Of a stretch of 64,000 nucleotides of DNA, positions 24,717 through 41,739 are shown one piece after another. How positions within the stretch are numbered: the first letter of the stretch is position 1; each line of letters starts with the position of its first letter. The notes beneath the pieces are model-generated. The model was not told where the DNA came from. It saw nothing but the letters and a program-made list of their open reading frames with translations, and ran no database searches. A program made the translations under genes and the position numbers. The DNA is taken from assembly GCF_009914755.1 (NCBI RefSeq), contig NC_060932.1; one strand, 5' to 3'. This DNA is from the human T2T-CHM13v2.0 reference genome, Homo sapiens.

Positions 24717-27700
24717 AGAAAAGCAACATATATACTAGATAGGCATAAATTTGTACCTGTTTTAAAATGGCTTTTTAGATTCTTTGACACTAAAAAATAA
24801 AACACTAATGACAAGCAAAAAAAAAAAAAAAAAAATGAGAACCAGAGGGCTGATTAAAAGTTTCACATACTGGGGGGAGATTAACTTATGAAAGCCATTG
24901 TATGGGTGATAAGGTAGAAATACAGCTGTTTTGTTGAGAGGATTTCAAAAAAAAATGTACTTTAAATTTGTCTCTTTCTGGGGTCATAATTCTTAGTAAA
25001 TAATTTAGTGTTATGTAATCTAGAGGCTTCCTTATATAAATCATTGCAAAATGTTCATTTGCATTAGGCAATCCAGAAAATATTTAAGACAAGAGAAAAC
25101 AGATTTTCTAAAATTTTTTTATCAAGCAATATTTTTAGAAAGCTTATATTCACTTGTATGCCATTAAAATTATTTATAGATGCATAATTAAAATAGAAAG
25201 ATATTTGAGATTGACAATGAAATTGTATTCTAAATCTCAAATCCTATCTATATATTGAGTACAAAGATAGCTATAATAGAATCACACATATTCTATATAT
25301 ATAACCTATGACTTCAATTGAGATATATTGGACATCTTATTTCTGGATACAGAATTTAGGAGCAAAATACACCATAGTATCAGTGAACAAATACAGCAGG
25401 AATAGAAAAGGTGCCTGTAAAATTACAGCTATCACCCTTTCCATTTATATCCCTTTCTGGACGGATCTTTAGTCAGTGGTTCATAATTTCACTGGGATTA
25501 ATTTGCCAGCATTCTGAAGACATTTATCTTATTTTCTGGAATTCAGAAAGGGATCAGCCTCCACACAATCTATTTCACTTATCTTTCAGAACAGCAGCAC
25601 ATGATGAAAGGAGATTCATGTTGAATGAATATATTTGTCATTGTCCGTGGTGCCTAGATTATATGAATATGACCCAGACTTTTTTTTTCTGAAAACAATG
25701 GGACATACTTGTGCATAAATAAATCCTATGCAATATAAGAACTATCATTCTTATTAGTTCTCATTTTTAGTCATGATTGATATCCTTACCTTGATCATAA
25801 GTTATTTGCCTTATATGAAGAATATTTTCTTAATTCTGAAAGAAAAAATGGAGTTCTCTATAAGCATTTATATAATAAGCCATTAAGTGATCTATTTTAA
25901 TACACTTATTTTTGAAAAGATTTCAATTGTAACTTGCCTTGCTAATAAAGCATCTGAATGTCAAAACACATTAATGTTATTTTTTTTTCAGCTGTATACA
26001 CACACATAATTTAAATAGCAGAGAACTTGAGGTAACATAAATATTTCTAAATATTTCTGTCCTTCCTTTTACATAAATGAACTTGGTTTCTTTGGGTTTT
26101 CCTCATTTTGTAGATGAGATGGAAGAGAGAAAGTAAGAGACAAGCAGACCCAATAGAACATAAATCAAAGTGCTAAACTTGCAAAATCTTGATAGATGCA
26201 ACTTCTCTAGTAGTGACAATATAGAGGACACATTTCACTTTTAAACTTTTTTCCATTAGTTTTTTGACAGGAGTACACTAGTTCAGCTTTAATGAGATTC
26301 TAGTGTAAAAACTTCAGGGCTAAATAAAAGAAACAAATCAAAAGGACCGAATGATTGCCATTTAATGTGAAAGAATGAAAGTGCAAACAATCATTGTATG
26401 ACATCTAGCTGGGCTAGTCACTGCAGAATGACAGGTAGAACAATTCAAAGTTACTGATCTAAAGATGGAATAAAAGCTTATATGTTTGAAGTGCTCAGAA
26501 GATGAAGAAATAAAACAGACTCTGAGATAAGACATGGTTAAACCTTTTAAATTCCATGCCCTATTGTCAGTATCATTTGAATGGTTTGGTACACTATTTT
26601 TTCTGAAATCATGTCATTTAAGGAATTAATTTTAGAGCCTATTTTATGCTTTCAGACTTTAGGGTTCAGAGACTTTTTTAAGCTAAATAATAATATCACA
26701 TATAATATGCTTGCATAATCAAAAATGTATTTTACTGATTTGCCACTTTATGCATTGTAAGAACTCATTGTTAAGGGGCTATATTTGTAGGTAAATTTAC
26801 ACATTCAAGTTCTGCTTTGATTTGAAAGAAGATCAATGACTTTAATACTTAAACATAGTTTTAATTTCATGTTTTCCTTTTACTTATTTATTTAAAAAAT
26901 AAAGAAAATCACCAATTTTTTCAATAAGCCTTTTTATCAGTGAAATAACCTATTCTAGTTACTGCTGGAAACAATAATCTGTAATTGCTGCTTTCAGTAC
27001 TAATTTGGCCCATCCCTACTTTTTCATCTCAATCTAATCTAAACCTATTTGAGCAAATAAAATGATATTTACCTCATCCTCTGTTACAAGCTTTCAAGAT
27101 TACAGGCTTCAGGAAAAACCAATACAAAATACCAGCTTAGCAGCAGGTTTGTGCTCAGTAAGAATGCTAACTTTTCTTCCTAGTATTTCTCACTCTCAGC
27201 TATCCTGGCGTGAAAGAAGAACTTATGCCTTTAAAAGAAAGAAAGAGAGAAAAAAAATAGAAAAGAAAACACTTCCACCAGTGACTCACGTGGTGCTGGG
27301 TTAGTAGCCACTCTCAGTTTACAAGCCAAAGTGGAGTGTGTGGTCAAGCTCCCAACCTTTAACTCTTGTTTCTGCATGACACATCTTACGGAGTTCACAA
27401 AAAGGAGGTTCTTGACCTCGCAGATGATTTTTTCAGACTCAAATACCATCTTCATTTATTATTTATTTGCTTCCAGCAGTTGGGACTTGAGGTATCATCA
27501 TACCTGACTGGTTGATTTAAGGAAGTGGCCACCTCTTTGTGGGGGAATCTCATGAGAATAAAATCCTATTACTTTCCAAAAAGATTACTTCATTAACTTC
27601 CCAGAATAAGCTTTTGATGAAAACATTAGAATGTTGAGTTTGTAAACAACCAAGAATTCTCAGAAGTATTGCCCCCCTTTTTGTTTTTGAGGTTTCAAAT

Positions 27701-28918
27701 AGAAGCTCATTTTCCTTTTTTTTTTTGGTTTATGTCCTTTTTAAACTTAGGACTTTGTGAACACAAATAGGTTGAGTCTTGTAAGCAGAGGCTTTGCTAG
27801 AATATTGAATTGTAGCATGCCTGTGCTCTTTAATGGTCATTCTACCTTTTCAAACTTCTCATAGAATTTTGCTATTTCTCTTTTCACCCCCATCTATTAA
27901 CTTCCTTTCATTTTTGAGAAGATTCTGTTTTGAATGTTTTATGGACATAAATTAGTTTACGTCTGTTAAGGTGTCAAGATACATAATTACAATACTTTCT
28001 TTTTGTAAAAAATCAAGTTGTAGACAAAAAAATTTGAATAATTATATCATCCTTTTCTCCCATCCTTTCCTTTAATAAGAAAAGTACTGAAAAGGTCTGG
28101 TAATTTTTTTTCCCTAAGCACCACAAGAGAACAGTAAACACTATAGAATTCTCAACAATTTTTGAACAAGGAACATGTGTTATTTTTCCATTATTAATCA
28201 GTATTACTTGTAAGAATATCATATGGTACACAATTAAGTAAACAACTACTTGAGGAAAGCTAATAATAAGGTTAGTACTCATTTCCATAATACAGAAAAA
28301 TTCCACTGTAAACAATGTCATTATATGACTGCTCTTAATGTAATAATGTCTGGTATTAGAAAGCATACTTTTCAAAACATTGCTTATTAAAGGTTGTTAT
28401 TCTAATCAAAAAGATGGTTTTAAACCTTTCAAATGGTGTAATTATATAATACCATCATATAGAGAAATGATGTGTGTCCCTCTCTCAAATTGATATTTAT
28501 TAGGTTAAAAATCATACATACAACACTGCTATTTTCTGGTAACATATGATTTTATATTAAGGAAAGTACATGGGTTCAATGATAATCTCAAGTTAAAGAA
28601 TTCCCAGACCTAGTTTGTTACATAGTCTCAGAAATATTCAGTACAACAAAATAATAATGCATTAAAGCAAAATAATTTTGGTTATCTTTCAGTTCTTGCC
28701 ATAATGCATTTATGACTAAATTCCTAGATAAATGTATTAGAATATTTTTTCAATTCTTCAATCCTAAGTGCTGTATCAACACGGAATAATCCTATTTCAA
28801 AATGCTCATAATGTAGAAATGTAGAATAATACCCAAAATGTGGATAAATATATAATGTATGCATTTGAAAAATTCCCAAACTTAAGCAGGGACATTTTGA
28901 AAACTGCATAAGAAAGCA

Positions 28919-29172
28919 GTGAATAAGATCTAGTGTTTGTTAGCACAACAGGATGATTGCAGTCAACAATTATCTATTGTATGTTTAAAAACTAAAAGAA
29001 TGTAATAGGATTGTTTGTAACAAAAAGAAAGGATAAGTGCTTGAGGTATGGATATTCCATTTATCCTGATGTGATTATTATGCATTATATGCCTGTGTCA
29101 GAATATCTTACGTACCCCACAAATATATGCACCTACTATGTATGCATAAAAATAAAAAATAAAAAACATTTT
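28919..29172 (+). mobile_element. L1MA (1-3-like) 3' end
   Basis: tgaataagatctagtgtttg..ccatttatcctgatgtgattattatgcatt..; TSD aaactgcataagaaagca / aaagtacatgagaaagca. Confidence 0.85.
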
Positions 29173-29600
29173 AAAGTACATGAGAAAGCAAAAACAGATT
29201 TTCAACATATCATTTATAGCCACAAGATGATATTATTTGACAGGGTGAATCATCAACACAATGACTTTAAAGCCACATTAAGCAGAACTGAAAAAAGTAT
29301 ATATGTGTGTGACCATATACATAATCTCTAACCTAAATTACCTAAAACAGTCTCATATGCTAAACACAGACTACTAATGTCTGTAATTCTTACTGAAACT
29401 TTGATCTTACATGGTGAATTTTATCTATGCACCCTTTTTAAATAAACAGTTCATTAAAATGACTAAATAACAGGAAAGTTTTCCTTTGGTAAAATTGCTG
29501 CTGCAAAATATACAAAAGCATTTTTCTTGCCACATACTATAGGTTAGTGTAAAATCACTGAGTCGAACATTATTATGAAGGCTATCATTTCTAAAGCTAG

Positions 29601-29732
29601 GTTAGATCAGCTAATTAACATATCCACCATTCCAAATAATGTATACGTATATCATAGCACGACTTTGCTTCCTACAAATACATATAATTATAATTTGCCA
29701 ATATTCAATAAAAAAGCTGTATAATTTAAAAA
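29601..29732 (+). mobile_element. Short L1MA/MB 3' end
   Basis: aatgtatacgtatatc..ataatttgccaatattcaataaa; TSD aaagctag. Confidence 0.6.
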
Positions 29733-30902
29733 AAAGCTAGACGATTACCAAATCAGCCAGACTTATAAAGTAGCTTTATATATATAAGAAACTAATTTTA
29801 ACTTGAACATTTTTTGTTGTTCTGCATTTAGCCATTTCTTTCTGCTGAAGACGTTATTCAATAAATCTGAAAAGTGTTATTTCTAGAATCTATTTCCTAC
29901 TTTACATATTGTGAAAGTAGCATCCTTTCATAGATAAATAATGAGCTACGATTAACTCCAAAATTATTCCATGACTTCTCATTTTGTGAAACAAATGCTT
30001 TTAGAAAGTTTGGAGTCATTCTTATTTGAGATTTTACTACTTAATAAGATGGGAAATTCAAGAAATTAACAAAAGAATTCCCCGTTAATTTCAAATGAAT
30101 GGTGAGAACATACCACCAAAGTGTTAGAAAATATGTTTCTGAAAGTTTCAAAACTCCTTAGAAACTTTGTCATTATGTCTCATATGTCACTGTTAGAGTA
30201 AGCAATAAGAATCAGCAATTCCATCGTCCCAACTACAAACCCAAAGAAGGAAGGGATTAAATAACTTTCCCATGGAGCTCATAGTCAAGATAACAATCAT
30301 CTATTCAAAATGGCACATGGTCTGCTTCTGGCTTAGCAGGACACTTCCGTAGAATGAATTCAGGTGGCTAGTCATTTGCCGAGATGCAGCCAAGAGTATG
30401 TTGATGACTTGCAAGGGTATGGGAAGCTAAGTGAAAGGTAGACTATCATTATAGTTTCAGTGCTTTGGAGATGCTTTTTAAACTAATCAATAAAAATATA
30501 TAGCTGTTGTAAATATTTTAGCTAATTCGTTTATGACACTATAAAAAGAAAAGTCCAAGACCTGCTTGGTTTTGTCAGAAATAAGAGCATTGTTTTGATT
30601 TTTCCACTGACTGATTGATCCTTCATGATTTTGAGTGATTAGATAACTTCATCCAGTTGAAATAAGTCATTGGTGCTTATAGGATATGCCAATTCTAACA
30701 GGCAATTTAACGAACAGGAGGGTGTTTCAAAGTTGTTTTTAGTAATTATATTGAAAAACTAATGAGAATAAAAAGGAGCACGGAGGGTGGGGATAGCAGT
30801 CTAGGAGTGGTTCTATCAACATGAACTTAATACAACCTAATTTTGAGTTTTCCTTTCTGTGATAAACAACATGAAAAAGCACACAAATAATATAAATATA
30901 CA

Positions 30903-31168
30903 TATACATCTGGCCTTTCCTATCTGTGAATCCTCCATCTGCAGATTCAGCCAATTGCAGATACTGTATTTGGAAGTCAATAAATAATAACATTACAATA
31001 ATAAAAATACAAATAAAAAAGAGTACAATACACCAACTATTTACATGGCATTTACATTGCATTAGGTATCATAAGCAATCTAGAGAGGAAGTAATCTAGA
31101 GAGGATTTAAAGTATGTGGGAGGATGTGTGTAGGTTATTGAAAATGCTGTGCCGTTTTAGGGGATGAC
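30903..31168 (+). mobile_element. Tigger3 (Golem/MER7) DNA transposon fragment
   Basis: caactatttacatggcatttacattgcattaggtatcataag..atttaaagtatgtgggaggatgtgtgtaggtta; includes a 16-bp internal tandem duplication. Confidence 0.85.
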
Positions 31169-31983
31169 TAAATTCACATGTACATACACATATACAGATA
31201 CGTACACATTATGCAGCATCACAGTTAACAGGAATATTTTCTATGTTCAGCCTCCCCACTGTGTAAATTCTCCAGAATTCAGTGCTTATGTGAATACTAC
31301 ACATATTATTAATAGAACTGACACTGAAGGGGACATATTGGCTGTTCATATAATGTTATCCATTTATGGTGCAATGTAAAATTGAGCTTCAAATTTCAAT
31401 TGTGTAGAATAATGAACTCTTGATACCCATTTCGAATTTAACTTTTATCCACAATACAACTTTTAAGAACTAAATATATTTCTGAATATTCACTTTCTTA
31501 GTATGAAGAAAAACTCATATTTCAGACTTTTATTAACAGTTAACTTTGTTAGCTGTTTTAGGACTTTTTAAACACAATTATCACAGCATTGTCATATTTA
31601 AATTGACAATAATTCATTGATGTCTATTTTTATTCACATTTTCTTGACTGTCTCACACATCTTTTTCTTATAATTGGTTGGTTCAAATGACTGTCGAAAG
31701 TCTACTTGCAGCATTAGTTGTATTTCTAAAGTCTCTTTTATTTTGTAACTGTTTCTCCATTTTTCTCTCTTTTCTTCCTTTTATTTTTTCCCATTTTTTG
31801 TTAAAAACTGTCATTTAACTTGCAGAATGTCCAACTGTTTCTTTGAGACAAAGTTTAACATCCTTTTATTCTTAACATTTGAATAGATTAGATTAACTTT
31901 CCATTGTTTGGAGACAAATGATTCACAGGTTGTGTTATGTCCTTCCTATTACATTCATCATGAGGCACATAGTTTATCTCATT

Positions 31984-32972
31984 TGTGTCAGTGAGTTATT
32001 AATACAATAATGTTACAGAACAAAAGAAAGCCACAACATCTCAGTGGTGTATAAAAATGAGCATTTATTCTCAAGGATCTGTGTGTCAGCTGTGTTTCAG
32101 CAAATCTGTACATTAGGAAGGTGGTTAGATATAGGCACTGACGGCTGGGGGAGCTCTGCTTGAAAGTTCTCTCATCCACCTTAGAGCATCAGCTTTGTTC
32201 TTGACAGAATGGAAAAGGCACAGGAAAATAAGTGGAAACCCGTAAAACTTCCTAAAGCCCAGCCTTGAAATGGGCATAGTAGTTCCACAAATATACCTCA
32301 GCCAAAGCAAATCGCATGTCCAGACCAAGTGAAACCTGGCAATATAAAAGGGTTACAGAATTGAGATCATCATCAACAGACAAATGGATAAAGAAAACAT
32401 AGTAAAGATACCCCATGGAATACTATTTAGCCATAAAAAGAATAAAATCATGTTATTTGCAGTAATGTGCATTGAACTGGTGGTCACTATGGTAAGTGAA
32501 ATAAGCCAGGCACAGAAAGACAAAGATTGTATTTTCTCACCTGTATGTTGGAGCTAAAAATATTGATCTCATGGACACAGGGAATACAACCATAGATATC
32601 AGAAATGGATAAGAGTGGGTGGGGAGAGAGGAGGATGAAGAGAGGTTGGCTATGGGAACAAGCATTTGGTGGACTTCTTGTAAAAAGGTCTCATGTTTGA
32701 GAGCAGACCAGGGTGACAACACATAGCAACAATATTAGGTAGATTTTGAAGTAGCTGGAAGAGAGGATCTGAAATGATACCAACACATAAAAATGATAAG
32801 CACTCGGGATGATGGGTACCCCAGTTACCCTGACTTGATCATTATACATTCTCTGCACATAAGGAAGACTCACATGCCCCCAATAAGTATGTAAATTATT
32901 ATATATTAATAAAAGAGAATTAAAGACTAAAATAAAGAAAAGGAATTGGTACCAATCATTCAATCCACCACA
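31984..32972 (-). mobile_element. MLT1H-like LTR split by an L1MA4
   Basis: atctcagtggtgtataaaaatgagcatttattctca..cagccaaagcaaatcgcatg; terminal caatccaccaca after the L1. Confidence 0.65.
32368..32935 (+). mobile_element. L1MA4-like 3' end
   Basis: catcaacagacaaatggataaagaaaa..ggatgaagagaggttgg..taccctgacttgatcattatacattc. Confidence 0.85.
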
Positions 32973-33208
32973 TACTTTCAGTGATGTTAAAACGGATTGT
33001 TGAGTTCATGTGGTGTTAGCATGATTCTTCTAGTAAAAATATGCCCATAAGCATTTATCTCAATGTTTTAATATCCATGGGTGATTGTAATCTAGGTGCA
33101 TGTTTTTTTATTTTTCATTTTTAAAAGCATGCAGAATGGTTAATTTTTATTTTACTCTTCCTTCTGCTTTTAACAACCAGAATTCTTTTTTAAAGACGTT
33201 TCCCTTAT

Positions 33209-33599
33209 TGTTATAGACTGAATATTTTTATGCCCTCTCCCCAAATTCATATAGTGAAGCCCTAACCCCCCAATGTGATATTTGGAGCTGGGAGTCTTGG
33301 GGAGATATTAGAGTTACTGAAGTTCATGAAGGTGGGGCCCTCAAGATGGGATTAGTGCCCTTGTAAGGACAGAAACTTGCTCTCTCTCTCTCCAATAACA
33401 CTGACTTAGGAAAGATTCTATGAGACTACATGGAAAGGGTGGCACCAGGAAGTGAGGAGGAGAGTCCTTACCAGACACTGAATCAGTTGGCACCCTGATC
33501 TTGAATTTTCCAGCCTCTAGAACTGTGAAAAATACATTACTGTTGCTTAAGCTACACAGTCAATGATATTTGGTCATGGCATCCAAGCAGACTAAAACA
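33209..33599 (+). mobile_element. MLT1A/B solo LTR
   Basis: tgttatagactgaat..ccaaattcatat..gatgggattagtgcccttgtaag..cagactaaaaca; TSD cttat/cttac. Confidence 0.88.
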
Positions 33600-33746
33600 C
33601 TTACTCGCTATTTTGTTAACCTAAAATACATTTTATGCAGGAAGAGCAAACTAAATGCTTGTTAGCATTTTCAATTTTCAAAATAATTATCTGGTATTCT
33701 AGTAACATCCAACAGGAAGCAATGAGATTTTTTAAAACCTAATATT

Positions 33747-34773
33747 GGGGTGGACCAAAGATGGCTGAATAGGAACAGCTCCAGTCTACAGCTCCCAGTG
33801 TGAGTGATGCAGAATACGGGTGATTTCTGCATTTCCAACTGAGGTACCAGGCTCATCTCACTGGGGAGTGCCAGACAGTGGGTGCAGGACAGTGGGTGCG
33901 GCACACCATGCATGAGCTGAAGCAGGGCAAGGCATCACCTCACCCGGGAAGCAGACGGGGTCAGGGAATTCCTTTTCTTAGTCAAAGAAAGGGGTGACAG
34001 GCAGCACCTGGAAAATCAGGTCACTCCCACCCTGATACTGCACTTTTCCAATGGGCTTATCAAACGGCATACCAGGAGATTATATCCCGCACCTGGCTAG
34101 GAGAATCCTACACCCACGGAGCCTCACTCATTGCTAGCACAGCAGTCTGAGATCAAACTGCAAGGTGGGAGTGAGGCTGGGGGAGGGGTGCCCGCCATTG
34201 CTCAGGCTTCAGTAGGTAAACACAGCGGTGGGGAAGCTCGAACTGGGTGGAGCCCAGCACAGCTCAAGGAGGCCTGCCTGCCTCTGTAGACTCCACCTCT
34301 GGGGGCAGGTCAGAGACAAACAAAAGACAGCAATAACCTCTGCAGACTTAAATGTCCCTGTCTGACAGCTTTGAAGAGAGTGGTGGTTCTCCCAGCACGC
34401 AGCTTGAGACCTGAGAATGGGCAGACTGCCTCCTCAAGTAGGTCCCTGATCCACGAATAGCCTAACTGGGAGGCATCCCCCAGTAGGGGCGGACTGACAC
34501 CTCACACGGCCGGGTACTCCTCTGTGACAAAACTTCCAGAGGAACGATCAGGCAGCAGCATTTGCGGTTCACCAATATCCATTGTTCTGCAGCCACCGCT
34601 GCTGATACCCAGGCAAACAGGGTCTGGAGTGGACCTCTGGTAAACTCCAACAGACCTGCAGCTGAGATTCCTGACTGTTAGAAGGAAAACCAACAAACAG
34701 AAAGGACATCCAAACCAAAAACCCATCTGTACGTCACCATCATCAAAGACCAAAGGTAGATAAAACCACAAAG
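33747..34773 (+). promoter_or_regulatory. L1 5'UTR internal Pol II promoter (CpG-decayed) with YY1 core and the ~129-bp ZNF93-target segment
   Basis: aagatggc at ~33758; segment 34521-34648 is the one absent from L1HS/L1PA2. Confidence 0.8.
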
Positions 34774-35778
34774 ATGGGGAAAAAACAGAGCAGAAAAACT
34801 GGAAACTCTAAAAATCATAGCATCTCTTCTCCTCCAAAGGAACGCAGCTCCTCACCAGCAACGGAACAAAGCTGGATGGAGAATGACTTTGAAGAGTTGA
34901 GAGAGGAAGGCTTCAGAAGATCAAACTACTATGAGCTAAAGGAGGAAGTTTGAACGAATGGCAAAGAAGTTAAAAAATTAGATGAATGGATAACCAGAAT
35001 AACCAATGGAGAGAAATCCTTAAAGGAACTGATGGAGCTGAAAACCATGGCACGAGAACTACGTGACGAATGCACAAGCCTCAGTAATCAATGCAATCAA
35101 CTGGAAGAAAGGGTATCAGTGATGGAAGACGAAATGAATGAAATGAAGCGTGAAGAGAAGTTTAGAGAAAAAAGAATCAAAAGAAATGAACAAAGCCTCC
35201 AAGAAATATGGGACTATGTGAAAAGACCAAATCTACGTCTGATTGGTGTACCTGAAAGTGACGAGGAGAATGGAACCAAGTTGGAAAACACTCTGCAGGA
35301 TATTATCCAGGAGAACTTCCCCAATCTAGCAAGGCAGGCCAGCATTCAAATTCAGGAAATACAGAGAATGCCACAAAGATACTCCTCGAGAAGAGCAACT
35401 CCAAGACACATAATTGTCAGATTCACCAAAGTTGAAATGAAGGAAAAAATGTTAAGGGCAGCCAGAGAGAAAGGTCAGGTTACCCACAAAGGGAAGCCCA
35501 TCAGACTAACAGCTGATCTCTTGGCAGAAACTCTATAAGCTAGAAGAGAGTGAGGGCCAATATTCAACATTCTTAAAGAAAAGAATTTTCAACCCAGAAT
35601 CTCATATCCAGCCAAACTAAGCTTCATAAGTGAAGGAGAAATAAAATCCTTTACAGACAAGCAAATGCTGAGAGATTTTGTCACCATCAGGCCTGCCCTA
35701 AAAGAGCTCCTGAGGGAAGCACTAAACATGGAAAGGAACAACCGGTACCAGCCACTGCAAAAACATGACAAATTGTAA
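34774..35778 (+). pseudogene. L1 ORF1p, disrupted by stops
   Basis: ATG GGG AAA AAA CAG; peptide EIWDYVKRPNLRLIGVPE; stops near 34951, 35536 and 35551. Confidence 0.93.
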
Positions 35779-35841
35779 AGACCATCAAGGTTAGGAGGAA
35801 ACTGCATCAGCTAACGAGCAAAATAACCAGCTAACATCATA

Positions 35842-40560
<4,719 letters not shown>

Positions 40561-40569
40561 TTATCGCTC

Positions 40570-40700
40570 CCTAAGTGATTCTGTTGAGAACAAGTTACCT
40601 CATTTTATAGATGAAATAAGTGGGAAAAAGAAGAATTGGGTGACCATAGCCATAAAGTCAGAAGCTAACCAAGACTAGGATAAGTCTCCTGACTCCCGGT
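40570..40700 (-). mobile_element. MIR fragment
   Basis: cctcattttatagatgaaataag..aagtctcctgactccc. Confidence 0.6.
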
Positions 40701-40709
40701 AACTGACTC

Positions 40710-40997
40710 TTTTTTTTTTGGACAGAGTCTTGCTCTGTTGCCCAGGCTGGAGTGCAGTGGTGTGATCTCAGCTCACTGCAACATCCGCTTCCCGGGTTCA
40801 AGCAATTTTCTGCCTCAACCTCCCAAGTAACTGGGATTACAGGCGCCTGCCACCACGTCTGGGTAACTTTTGTATTTTTAGTAGAGATGGGGTTTCACCA
40901 TCTTGGCCAGGCTGGTCTTGAACTCCTGACTTCATGATTCACCCGCCTCGGCCTCCCAAAGTGCTGGGACCACAGGCGTGAACCACCGTGCCCAGCC
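40710..40997 (-). mobile_element. AluS (Sg/Sc-like)
   Basis: Full dimer, caccatcttggccaggctggtcttgaactcctgac. Confidence 0.92.
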
Positions 40998-41720
40998 TCA
41001 CTTTTCTGCATTAACAACAAATGGAACTTACTGGCCTCTTAGTCTGTGGTAGTCATTTGTTAGCCCTATGATAAGATTGTTCAAAAACTATTGTGAAGAA
41101 TAAGAGGTCAATCTGGAAATGTCAAAACTAACAATTGTAATCTATTTTATAGGAATCCACTGTTAATATATTTTAAAAACAGGTCATCATTTCTATGTAG
41201 AAAACTCCAAATATCAAATGGTTTTCATACATTTAGAAATAGTATGCTGGTGTTTTGGGGAGAGGAAATACTTCCATAGGCTATTTGTTACAATGTTTTA
41301 CCTAAAGTGAATGGATTTAAAGGAGACTGTTAAATTGAGAGATCAGATTATTTATATAATGCTTATATAATTAGTGTAAATCAGTTTGAGAGAAACAAAA
41401 AATAGGAAATATATAAACCAAGTGTTATTATATTTGACATTTGTGCCACAATAACTGTCAAATCATGTCAAATTCATGGCAAATCAACATTATAATTTAA
41501 AAATAAGGATATTGAGGAGTCCAAGAAAATCCATTCCATGATGATTGAATCAGTCATGTAATAAAATATTTCATATGCATTTAACTTTTATTCATATTTA
41601 ACATTACTGTTGTTTGGATGTGAATTCTGTCAACAGTAAAAGACAAAGACGTTCAAATGTTGGTTCCTATTGTCAAGTTTTTTACATCATGGGGGCCAGG
41701 TACCCTCAGTTCACCATGAC

Positions 41721-41739
41721 TGCCACTAGATGGCACTGA
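41721..41739 (+). promoter_or_regulatory. Candidate CTCF binding site
   Basis: CCACTAGATGGCAC fits the core consensus CCASYAGRKGGCRS with no mismatch. Confidence 0.65.

Larger units (their letters stand above)
31500..33745 (-). mobile_element. Old L1MC-like 3' region hosting nested insertions
   Basis: Degenerate motifs (ttctaaagtctcttttattt, ccttcctattacattcatcatgaggcacata, ttttcaaaataattatctgg). Confidence 0.55.
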
